A stretch of DNA of 64,000 bases, taken from positions 6,016,001 through 6,080,000 of the forward strand of contig OZ245838.1 of the NCBI GenBank assembly GCA_965228735.1. The letters are read 5' to 3'. Source of the stretch: Planctomycetota bacterium (GTDB lineage: Bacteria > Planctomycetota > UBA1135 > UBA2386). The notes beneath the pieces were generated by a model. It searched no databases. It was not told where the DNA came from and was given only the letters and a program-made list of their open reading frames with translations. Position 1 is the stretch's first letter. Each line of letters begins with the position of its first letter. This document shows positions 9,412 to 17,867 of the stretch, piece by piece. The position numbers and the translations under genes are program-made.

Positions 9412-10725
9412 CTACTTGTTGTCCTCGCCGCTCTTGTTGTCGCCGTCCGGGCCGCCGCCCTTCTTCTCCTTGTCCTGCTCGTCGCCGAACAGGTACTGGA
9501 GGCGCGGGTCCTTGTCGCGTTCGTAGACGACGCTGCCGTCGAGCAGCACCGTGTCGACCCACGTCGTGGCCTCGAACGGATCGCCCGTGAGCACCTGCAG
9601 GTTGGCGACCTTGCCGACCTCGATCGTGCCGACCTGGTCCTCCAGACCGAGGATCTTCGCGGGCACGACCGTCAGCGCCTCGAGGGCCTGGCGGCGCGAC
9701 AGACCGTTGCGCACGCACGTGCCGAGCTGCCACCACGGGTAGCTCGTCGGGCCGCTCGAGCCGAGCGTCAGCGCGAACGGCACGCCGGCGTCCGCGAGCA
9801 GCTTCGCGACGCAGATCTTCTTCTGCTCGCGCGTCTCCTCGTCGGTCTCGCGGTACTCGATGTTGTCGTCGAGGATCATCGGCATCTCGAAGCGCGCGAG
9901 CTTGCTCGCGGCCTCGTCCACGTCGCGACCGAGCACGATCTGCAGGTCGAGTTCCTGCGACAGGCGCAGCGCTTCACCGACCTCGGCGTAGGACGGCACG
10001 TAGAGCCAGCCCTTGGCCTTTTTTTCGACGAGCTTCGCGGCGGCCTTCTTCGTCCGGTCGTACTCCTCGTCCCACTCCTTGTCCGCGGGCTCGGCGCCGG
10101 CCTTCTTGGCGTCCTCGAACTCCTGCTTGCGGCGTTCGAAGTCGGCGATGTACTCGCGCACGTCGGCCAGCGCGCGGCGCAGCTCCCGGATCTGCTGCAG
10201 GCGCCGGCCGCGCTGGTTCATCAGCGACACCTTGATGCCGGTGTTGGCCGCGACCGTCATGTCCTCGATCGTCTTGCCGAACGGCTTCAGGACCATGCCC
10301 GAGCCGCCGAGCAACGTGCTGTTGCCGGGCTGCACGTGGACCGTGCCGACGCCGTTGCGCAGCGCGTCCTCGAAGTAGGTCGACGCCGGGTCGACCGCGT
10401 CGGCGACCGATAGCCACGGCACGTTCTGCATGCTCTCGTTGCTGCCGCGCATGCCGCCCGTGCCGTGCGCGATGACCCACGTCGGCATGACGACCTTGTC
10501 CGAGGCGTCGACGACCGTCGCCGTCCACGGGATCTCGACCTCGGTCGCCTTGCTGATCTGCTTGATGCGGCCGTTCTCGATCAGGATGACGCTGTTCTCG
10601 AGCGCCGGCCCGCTGACCGTGAGGATCTTGCCGGCCTTGACGGCGACCATGTCCTGCGCCGCGGCGGGTGCGGCGCACAGGGAGACCACCGCGCTGATCG
10701 CGGTGAGGGTGAGGAGCTTGTTCAT
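9412..10725 (-). CDS. Exported amidohydrolase-fold protein (operon gene 4), metal ligands degenerate
   Basis: Signal peptide ending AAAQD; VVMPTWVIAHGT (one His); GTIEVGKVANL. Confidence 0.88.
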   Translation of the reverse strand: MNKLLTLTAISAVVSLCAAPAAAQDMVAVKAGKILTVSGPALENSVILIENGRIKQISKATEVEIPWTATVVDASDKVVMPTWVIAHGTGGMRGSNESMQNVPWLSVADAVDPASTYFEDALRNGVGTVHVQPGNSTLLGGSGMVLKPFGKTIEDMTVAANTGIKVSLMNQRGRRLQQIRELRRALADVREYIADFERRKQEFEDAKKAGAEPADKEWDEEYDRTKKAAAKLVEKKAKGWLYVPSYAEVGEALRLSQELDLQIVLGRDVDEAASKLARFEMPMILDDNIEYRETDEETREQKKICVAKLLADAGVPFALTLGSSGPTSYPWWQLGTCVRNGLSRRQALEALTVVPAKILGLEDQVGTIEVGKVANLQVLTGDPFEATTWVDTVLLDGSVVYERDKDPRLQYLFGDEQDKEKKGGGPDGDNKSGEDNK

Positions 10726-11948
10726 CGGGAGGTGTGGACCGGTTGACCGTCGACGTGGACCGAGACGGGGGTGGCCGTGGGGTGAAGGGGATCGTGGGAC
10801 CAGACGACGAAGTCGGCGTCCTTGCCCGTGGCGAGGCTGCCGACGCGATCGTCGATGCCGAGGAGGCGGGCGGGGAGGATCGTCACCGCGTCGAGCGCGA
10901 GCTCGGGCGCGATGCCGTTGCGCGCGGCGAACATCGCCTCACGCACGAGGTCGAGCGCTTCGGGGTTGGTACCCGTCGTGATGACGAACGGGATCTTGCG
11001 GTCGGCGAGCTTGGACACGGTCGCGCCGCGCGGGTCGGCACCGTCGCGCCCGGCCGTGCCGGCGACACGCTCCGCGCTCGGGGCGCCGAGCAGCACAGTG
11101 ACCTCGGCCTTCTGCAGCTCGTCGAGGACGTAGTAGGCGTCCTGCGCGTCGTCGATGACGGTCTTGTAGCCGAACTCTTCGGCGAGACGCAGCGCGGTGC
11201 GGATGTCCTGCTCGCTGCGCGCGGTCGTGAACGCCGTGAGGTTGCCGGCGAGGACGCGTTTCAGCACCTCCATGCCGGGGCTCGGCGTCGGGTCGCCGCC
11301 GTCGAGCGTGTTCTCCTCCTTGGCCTGGAAGAACGCCTGCCGCGCGGCCCACACGACGCCCATGCGGGTCGTCGGCCGGCGGTAGTAGATCGAGTCGATG
11401 CGGCCGCCGCGGATCGCGCGGTTGCCGAGCGACGGTTCGCTGCCCATGACGAGACGCATGCTGGCCTCGCGATCGAGGATCATCTTGCTCGGGCTGCTGC
11501 CGAACGTCTTGATCGCGCAGCCGAGACCGGAGATCACGTTGCGCGTCCCGGGCATCACGTGCACGGTCGTCACGCCGGCCTCGCGGGCCCGGACGAACGC
11601 CGGATCCTCGGGGTCGATCGCGTCGAGCGCGCGCATGTGCGGCGTGACCTCCTCGCTCTGCTCGTTGAGGTCGGTGTAGTCGACGCTGATCTGAAACGAC
11701 GCGTCGACGAGGCCCGGCGTGATCACCTGACCCGCGCAATCGACCGTGACGGCGCCGTCGGGGATCGGCGTCGAAGCACCGCCGACGGCCTGGATCTTGC
11801 CGCCGGCGACGATGAGCACGCCGTCAGCGATCGGCGCGCCGCCGCCCGGCATGATCGTCGCACCCTTGTAGACCGTCACACGGTCCTGCGCGGCGAGCGG
11901 ACTCGCGACGACAGCGGCGAGGAGAACGGACAGAACGGGCGAACGCAT
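10722..11948 (-). CDS. Exported amidohydrolase-fold protein (operon gene 3), metal ligands degenerate
   Basis: Start MRSPVLSVLLAAVVASPLAAQD at 11948 (TGATG overlap); TPGLVDASFQ (no HxH); GSLATGKDADF. Confidence 0.88.
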   Translation of the reverse strand: MRSPVLSVLLAAVVASPLAAQDRVTVYKGATIMPGGGAPIADGVLIVAGGKIQAVGGASTPIPDGAVTVDCAGQVITPGLVDASFQISVDYTDLNEQSEEVTPHMRALDAIDPEDPAFVRAREAGVTTVHVMPGTRNVISGLGCAIKTFGSSPSKMILDREASMRLVMGSEPSLGNRAIRGGRIDSIYYRRPTTRMGVVWAARQAFFQAKEENTLDGGDPTPSPGMEVLKRVLAGNLTAFTTARSEQDIRTALRLAEEFGYKTVIDDAQDAYYVLDELQKAEVTVLLGAPSAERVAGTAGRDGADPRGATVSKLADRKIPFVITTGTNPEALDLVREAMFAARNGIAPELALDAVTILPARLLGIDDRVGSLATGKDADFVVWSHDPLHPTATPVSVHVDGQPVHTSR

Positions 11949-13129
11949 CAGCGGGTTTCCTCGGAGGTCTTGGTCTGGTTGGCGCGCTTCGACTCGGAGC
12001 CGCGCAGCAGCGTGCCGTCCACCCAGCACGCGACGTGCGCGCTGTGCAGGTCGAGCGGGTGACCGCTCCACACGTTGAAGTCGGCGGCGCAACCGCGGCG
12101 CAGCGCGCCGACCGTCGCGGTCTGACCGAGCAGGTCGGCCGGCGTGCGGGTCAGCGCCTGCAGCGCGACGGCGCGATCGAGGCCGTGCCGCACGGCGAGT
12201 ACCGCGGACAGCCGCAGCTTGCTCGGGTCGCCCGCGAACGCGAACGGCACGCCGGCCGCGGCGAGCTCGGCGGGCAGGCGGAGCTGCTCGAGACGCATCT
12301 CGGGGCGCAGCGTCGACAGCACGATCGCGGCCTTCTGCGCCGCGATCCGGTCCATCACCTTCTTCGCCTCGGCGCCGCCGACGATGACGGGGCTGAAGCC
12401 GAACTCCTCGGCGAGGTCGAGCAGGCCCGACAGCTCGGTGTAGGTGTCGGCGTGCGCGAACACGCGGCGCGAGCCGTCGAGCACCTCGCGAACGATCGCG
12501 ACGGCGGGGCCGCCCTGCGTGCCCTTCTGCGCGTCGCCGAACACCGTGCGGAGCATCTCGAGCGCGCCGATCAGCGATGTCGGCGCGCGCTGCTGATCGC
12601 GCGCGACCTTGGCGATCGACAGCTGCAGGTGCAGCTCGCGTTCGGCGATGCGGCCCTGGGCGTCGTCGCCGCTCTTGCCCGGCTTGGCGAGCGCCGCGAG
12701 GCCGCCCGCGACGTTGCGCGGCGACGGCGACAGCGCGACCGACGTGATGCCGGCGTCCGGCAGCTCGTCGAGCTCGTCGTTCCACGGATCGAACGCTTCG
12801 GCGGCGAGCAGGTCGGGCGTGAAAGCGAACGCGGCCTCGGCGAGGTCGCCGTCCTGGCTCAGCGTCGACTGCGCGAGCACGAAGCCCGGCGTGATCGTCG
12901 CGTCGCCGTAGTCGAGGCGGCGGGCCGTGCGGCGCGCTTCCGCGGGGATCTCGTCGCCGAGGTAGAGGACCTTGCCGTCGCGCACGAGCAGCTGGCCCGG
13001 CGAGAGGACGGTGCCCGGCGCGACGACGATGCGCTGCGCCTGGATCAACAGGTCCTGCGCGTTCGCCGCGGCGGTCAGAACGCCGAGGGCGAGACAGAAG
13101 GAGGGAAGGGAGCGATGCATGACGAGCAC
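11948..13129 (-). CDS. Exported amidohydrolase-fold protein (operon gene 2), metal ligands degenerate
   Basis: Signal peptide ending ANAQD; TPGFVLAQST (no HxH); GALRRGCAADF. True start may be ATG 13120. Confidence 0.85.
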   Translation of the reverse strand: MLVMHRSLPSFCLALGVLTAAANAQDLLIQAQRIVVAPGTVLSPGQLLVRDGKVLYLGDEIPAEARRTARRLDYGDATITPGFVLAQSTLSQDGDLAEAAFAFTPDLLAAEAFDPWNDELDELPDAGITSVALSPSPRNVAGGLAALAKPGKSGDDAQGRIAERELHLQLSIAKVARDQQRAPTSLIGALEMLRTVFGDAQKGTQGGPAVAIVREVLDGSRRVFAHADTYTELSGLLDLAEEFGFSPVIVGGAEAKKVMDRIAAQKAAIVLSTLRPEMRLEQLRLPAELAAAGVPFAFAGDPSKLRLSAVLAVRHGLDRAVALQALTRTPADLLGQTATVGALRRGCAADFNVWSGHPLDLHSAHVACWVDGTLLRGSESKRANQTKTSEETR

Positions 13130-13131
13130 GA

Positions 13132-14883
13132 TCAGTTGGCCTCGTATTCGGTGCGGCCCTTGCCGAGCACGAGCAGCACGCGGCTGTCGCTCTCGAACAA
13201 CGGTCGGTCGAAGATCACCACGTCGGCGAACTTGCCGCGGGTCAGCGACCCGGTGTCGCGGTTGATGCCGAGGATCTCGGCGGGGGTGAGCGTGATGGCG
13301 CGCAGCGCGGCGGCCGGGGCGAGGCCGCGGCCGACGGCCGTCGCGGCCATGAGCGGCAGCAGCGACGCGTGCCGCGCCTTGCCGGTCGCGATCGCGAACG
13401 GCACACCGGCCTTGTCGAGGTGCTGCGGTGCCGCGGCCGGATCGAACGCCTCGTAGAGCTTCGGCATGCTGCTCGGCAGCACGTCCGTCAGCACGACCGT
13501 CGCGCCGGCTTCGCTGATGGTCTCGGCGAGCTGGGCGACGCCGTAGGCCTGCTCGAGCACGAGCAGCGGCACTTCGGCCGCGCGCTGCAGCGCGAGCGCG
13601 GCGCGCAGTTCGTCCGGGCGGTGGGCTTCGACGCGCAGCGGCATCTCGCCTTCGAGGACCGCGAGCAGGGCTTCCTTCGTCGGGTCTTCCTTGACCGGCT
13701 TGGGGTAGGTCGGGCGCTTCGGCGCCTCGTCCTTCTTCGCGGCCGGCTTCTGGTCGTCGCCCTTCTTGTCGCCGGCTCCCTGCGCGGGCTTCTCGCCCTC
13801 ACCCTGCGGCGGCTTGCCCTGCGGGTCCTGCGCCGTCGCGGCGGGCTCGGCTGCGAGCAGCTCGAGCATCTCGAAGAACGCGGCCTCGAACTCGGGCGAC
13901 GCCAGCAGCTCTTCGCCGTTCATCGCGTTGCCGCCACCGGGTGGGCCGCCGCGCCGGCGCCGGCCATCGGCGCCGCCGGCGTTGCCCGGCCGGTTGCCGC
14001 CGCCGCGGCGTGCGTTACCGGACTCGCTGCCGCCGTCCTTGCCGTCCTCGGCCTTCTTCTTGGCCTTGTTCTTCTCGTGCCACTCGAGCCACTTCTTGAA
14101 GTCCTCGGCGTACTTGTCGAGGTCCTTGTTGTACTTCTGCTTGGCCTCTTCGTACTTGTCGAGACCGTCGAACGTCTTGAGCAGCGCGTCGAGTTGCTGC
14201 TGCCGCGCGAGCGCATGGGTCGGCACCGGACCGCGCGTCATGCGCAGCTGCACCGCGGCCTTGCTCTTGTCCTCCCACACCTCGAAGCCGTCCTTCCGCG
14301 GCCGCACGATCGCGCCCTGCCCTGCCGGCGCGCTCACGTAGGCGACCGTGATCCCCGCCGCCGCGAGCGCGTCGTCACGCGTGTGCCGCAGCTGCAGGTC
14401 GTCGGCGAGCGCCATGCCCGCGTCGAGCTGTCCGGTCTGCGTCGCGGGATCGGTGAACGCGTCGGTCTCGGCGTCGATCAGGCCCGGGTAGACGTGCCCC
14501 GCGGGGAACGCCCGCACGGTCGCGCTCTCCGGGATCTCGACCTCGCCCTGCTTGCCGACCGCGAGGATGCGCTCGCCGCGAATCAGCACGACGCCGTTCT
14601 CGATCGCCGGACCGCTGACCGGGTGCACGTGGCCAGCGGTGATCGCGATGACGGGCTGGCGGCGGCTGCCCCGACCTTGGCGACCGGGACCCTGGCGACC
14701 AGCTCGGTTCCCGCGGCGGTTGCCGCCCTGGCGACCCGGGTCCTGGGCCCCGGCCCGCTCGGTGCCGGCCCGTTCGGATTTCGGCGCGGGTTCGGGTTCC
14801 TGCGGTCGCACCACTGATCTGGCCGGCAGACCCAGGGTCGAAAGGAGGAACAGGACAGGGAAGTGCCAGGGAATCCTGCGCAT
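13132..14883 (-). CDS. Exported amidohydrolase-fold protein (operon gene 1), metal ligands degenerate, long low-complexity insert
   Basis: Start MRRIPWHFPVLFLLSTLGL at 14883; YPGLIDAETD (no HxH); GSLTRGKFADV. Confidence 0.85.
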   Translation of the reverse strand: MRRIPWHFPVLFLLSTLGLPARSVVRPQEPEPAPKSERAGTERAGAQDPGRQGGNRRGNRAGRQGPGRQGRGSRRQPVIAITAGHVHPVSGPAIENGVVLIRGERILAVGKQGEVEIPESATVRAFPAGHVYPGLIDAETDAFTDPATQTGQLDAGMALADDLQLRHTRDDALAAAGITVAYVSAPAGQGAIVRPRKDGFEVWEDKSKAAVQLRMTRGPVPTHALARQQQLDALLKTFDGLDKYEEAKQKYNKDLDKYAEDFKKWLEWHEKNKAKKKAEDGKDGGSESGNARRGGGNRPGNAGGADGRRRRGGPPGGGNAMNGEELLASPEFEAAFFEMLELLAAEPAATAQDPQGKPPQGEGEKPAQGAGDKKGDDQKPAAKKDEAPKRPTYPKPVKEDPTKEALLAVLEGEMPLRVEAHRPDELRAALALQRAAEVPLLVLEQAYGVAQLAETISEAGATVVLTDVLPSSMPKLYEAFDPAAAPQHLDKAGVPFAIATGKARHASLLPLMAATAVGRGLAPAAALRAITLTPAEILGINRDTGSLTRGKFADVVIFDRPLFESDSRVLLVLGKGRTEYEAN

Positions 14884-15220
14884 GTGGCCGGGCGATCGGG
14901 GTCTAGCGGGGGGCCGCTGGTGCGGCGCGGGGGGCCCCGCATTTACGGCGACGGGACGATGGTCTGCCAACCCTTTTTGCAGGCCCCGGTGCAACTTGGG
15001 TGTCGCGGGGCCGCCGGGCGGCAATTGTGCGGTGCGACGGAAGGTCGGACCGTCACAGTCAACCGTTGCCCATCGGCGGCACCCTGAGGCACGACAACCA
15101 CTTCGAAGTCATCGTCATCGGGCCCAGGATGGGCGGTAAACCGCTGATAAGGGTAAGATCGCCGGCGTTCTGGTGACGACCGGAGCCGGACCCGCGGACG
15201 CAGCGGGAAGAGAGTCGCCC

Positions 15221-17647
15221 ATGCGTAACACCGTCTCGATGTCCACCTGCCTCTTTGCGCTTCTGGCCTCGGCCCAGGCGCAATCGACGCTGCAGTGGCA
15301 GCCAGGATCCGCCATTCCAGGACCGATCGATGGCTACGGTCTCGCCCTCGTCGGCTGGGACCCTGACGGGTCGGGACCGCTCCCCGAGCGCATGGTGGTG
15401 GGTGGATCGTTCTTCGATGCCAGTGGTCAGGATCTGGGGACCGTCCTCGCCTTCGATCCGGCGGGGGTCAGCTGGACGTCGGTGTCGTTGGACAACTCGA
15501 CCGTTCGACAACTTGTGGTCCTGCCGAGCGGCGATCTCGTCGCTGCAGGCACGCTGTTCCTGCCCGGCACTACCACCAACATCGGTATTGCGTTCTGGGA
15601 CGGGCAAGGGTGGCAGGCTCTCGGTGGCGGCCGCAGCCGAACCGTCAGCGTCGTCACGCTCATGGCGAATGGTGACCTCGTTGCTGGTGGCGAAGCGCTC
15701 GAAGTCTGGGACGGTTCGGCGTGGAGCGTGATCCCGACGCCGATCGCCAACGCCAGCTCGTACTTGCCGCTCGCGCTGTCGAACGGCGATCTGGCCGTCG
15801 CCTTCGCCACCCCGACCGGTGCGTTCCTCGGCGTGCGGTCGGCCGCCGGTTGGCAAACCTGGGGCGCGTTCTCGACGCCGCCGATCGGCAGCTTCGTGTA
15901 CTCCATGGCCGCGTTGCCGAACGGCGACTTCGTCGTGGGCGGGGTCTTCGAAGCCGTTGGCGGCGTCGCCTCGCCCGATCTGATTCGGTTCCATCAGGGC
16001 GCTTGGGTGCCGTTGCCGCGGCCGGGTACGCACCGCGTGCCTGTACGCTTGTTCGCCCGCCCGGACGGCAGCGTGCTGATGGCGAACTACGCGGCAAGCG
16101 TGCTGCGGTGGGACGGCACCGATTGGATCTCGTTCGGCTCGCCGCTGTCGCAGATCGGCGCGTTCGGAGAGACCTCGACCGGTGAGCTGTTCGTCGCGGG
16201 TGGGTATTCGCACGATTTGGACGGCGTCGTGCGGCGCTACGACAGCGGCGCGTGGCGGCCGCTCGGGCACGGGTTCACGAGCCCGATCCTCGATCTCGAG
16301 GTCGACGCGCGCGGCGACCTGTTCGTTGCCGGAGAATTCGATCAGGCGGGTGACACGGCGGCGTTCGCGGTCGCGCGTCGTGACGCCGCCGGCTGGCACG
16401 CGCTGGGTGCAGGGCCGCGGAGTCCCGCGCAGACCGTTCTGCCGCTGACGAACGGGAACGTGGTGACGGGTACTTCGCACGGTGACGTCGAACTCTGGGA
16501 TGGCGCCCAATGGCGGACCATCGGGGATCTCGGCTACTACGCCGTCAAAGCCCTGATCGAACTCCCCAACGGCGACGTCGTCGCCGGCGGCAGGTTCAGC
16601 GCCACGGCGCGCCGCGTCGCGCGCTGGGACGGCTCCGCGTGGCACGCGCTCGGCACGGGGCTCGGTCCACCATTCAACGGTGGCGAGTACGATTCGGTCG
16701 AATGCCTGCTCGCGATGCCGAACGGTGATGTGATCGCGGGCGGCTACTTCAAGGACCCCAACAACAACAACCAACTCTGGAATATCGCGCGCTGGGACGG
16801 CAACAGTTGGGCGGCAGTCGGGCCGGGCATCGGCTCCGGGAACAGGGTCGTCGACCTCGCGTTGGCGCCGGATGGGAGCCTGCTCGCCGCGGTGAGGGGG
16901 GGATACAACCCGGGCATCCGGCGGTGGGACGGCACCGCCTGGTCGGCATTCGCAGTCGTCAACGACAACATCTTCGCGATCGACGTCCTGCCCAACGGCG
17001 ATCTCCTCGCAGGTGGCTCGTTCACCCAGATTGCCGGAGTCGCGGTTGCGGGGCTCGCGCGGTGGGACGGTAGCGTGTGGGCCGCGGTCGACCCGAGCGT
17101 CGGCCCAGTCGTCGAGGCGCTGGCGCACACGCCCGACGGCACGGTCCACGCCGCGACCCATATCGGCGCCTTCTGCTGCCGGCTCGAGATCCAAGGCGTC
17201 ATCACCCGGCACTACGCCACTCTGACGACGCAACTCCAGGCGCGCGCGGATCGGATACCGACGCCGTGCGTCGGCCCCGCCGGCCCTCTCGAGTTGACCG
17301 CGGCCGCGCTGCCGTGGATCGGCACGACGTTCCGTTCGACGGCGGCGGGCTTCGCGCCGGGAGCCCTGGCGCTCGCGATCGCCGGCACGGCGCCGCGCAA
17401 TCTGCCGCTGTCGCTGGTCTTGCCGAGTGCGCTACCCGGTTGCCACCAACTCGCATCGAGCGAAGTCGCCGCGTTCGCGATCCCGAGCGCCGGTGCCGCG
17501 TCGTTCGAGTTCGCCATTCCGAATACGATCGTCCTCGCACAGCTGCAGGCCTGGCACCAGTTCCTCCAACTCGAACTGACCCCTCAGGGCGTCCCCCTGA
17601 CTCTCAGCAGCAGCAACGGCCTGCACCTCGTCATTGGTGCGTTCTAG
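15221..17647 (+). CDS. Secreted beta-propeller repeat protein (WDG-x-x-W / PNGDL repeats) with conserved C-terminal domain
   Basis: Signal peptide ending AQAQ; about 13 repeats of ARWDGxxW...LPNGDLxAGGxF; paralog of 55367-57826. Confidence 0.85.
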   Translation: MRNTVSMSTCLFALLASAQAQSTLQWQPGSAIPGPIDGYGLALVGWDPDGSGPLPERMVVGGSFFDASGQDLGTVLAFDPAGVSWTSVSLDNSTVRQLVVLPSGDLVAAGTLFLPGTTTNIGIAFWDGQGWQALGGGRSRTVSVVTLMANGDLVAGGEALEVWDGSAWSVIPTPIANASSYLPLALSNGDLAVAFATPTGAFLGVRSAAGWQTWGAFSTPPIGSFVYSMAALPNGDFVVGGVFEAVGGVASPDLIRFHQGAWVPLPRPGTHRVPVRLFARPDGSVLMANYAASVLRWDGTDWISFGSPLSQIGAFGETSTGELFVAGGYSHDLDGVVRRYDSGAWRPLGHGFTSPILDLEVDARGDLFVAGEFDQAGDTAAFAVARRDAAGWHALGAGPRSPAQTVLPLTNGNVVTGTSHGDVELWDGAQWRTIGDLGYYAVKALIELPNGDVVAGGRFSATARRVARWDGSAWHALGTGLGPPFNGGEYDSVECLLAMPNGDVIAGGYFKDPNNNNQLWNIARWDGNSWAAVGPGIGSGNRVVDLALAPDGSLLAAVRGGYNPGIRRWDGTAWSAFAVVNDNIFAIDVLPNGDLLAGGSFTQIAGVAVAGLARWDGSVWAAVDPSVGPVVEALAHTPDGTVHAATHIGAFCCRLEIQGVITRHYATLTTQLQARADRIPTPCVGPAGPLELTAAALPWIGTTFRSTAAGFAPGALALAIAGTAPRNLPLSLVLPSALPGCHQLASSEVAAFAIPSAGAASFEFAIPNTIVLAQLQAWHQFLQLELTPQGVPLTLSSSNGLHLVIGAF

Positions 17648-17867
17648 GATTCACGCGAGACCTCCCCCAGCCTGCGCAACGCGTCCCGCCCCCCAGGCGC
17701 CGCCGATGCGGTTGTGGTAGGCCTTCGGGCCGCGGATTCCGGAACGCGGGCGGCGTCGACCGGGGCCGGGGGCCGGTGACGCGGCCCCGCTTGGCGCCGC
17801 CCGCGGCGGCGGCGAGAATCTCCGGGGATTGCCCGTCACGCCATGCCACGCGGCGGCGTCCGGGCCC

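Noticed and set aside
936..14883. Degenerate amidohydrolases as decaying pseudogenes
   Set aside because: No frameshifts or internal stops; signal peptides, fold motifs and translational coupling are all intact.
14884..15220. tRNA or other RNA gene in the divergent intergenic region
   Set aside because: No T-arm/D-arm consensus or convincing extended structure; probably just divergent promoters.
17745..17790. GC-rich hairpin upstream of the ECF gene as a terminator
   Set aside because: Imperfect stem with no U-tract; such stems arise easily by chance at this GC content.
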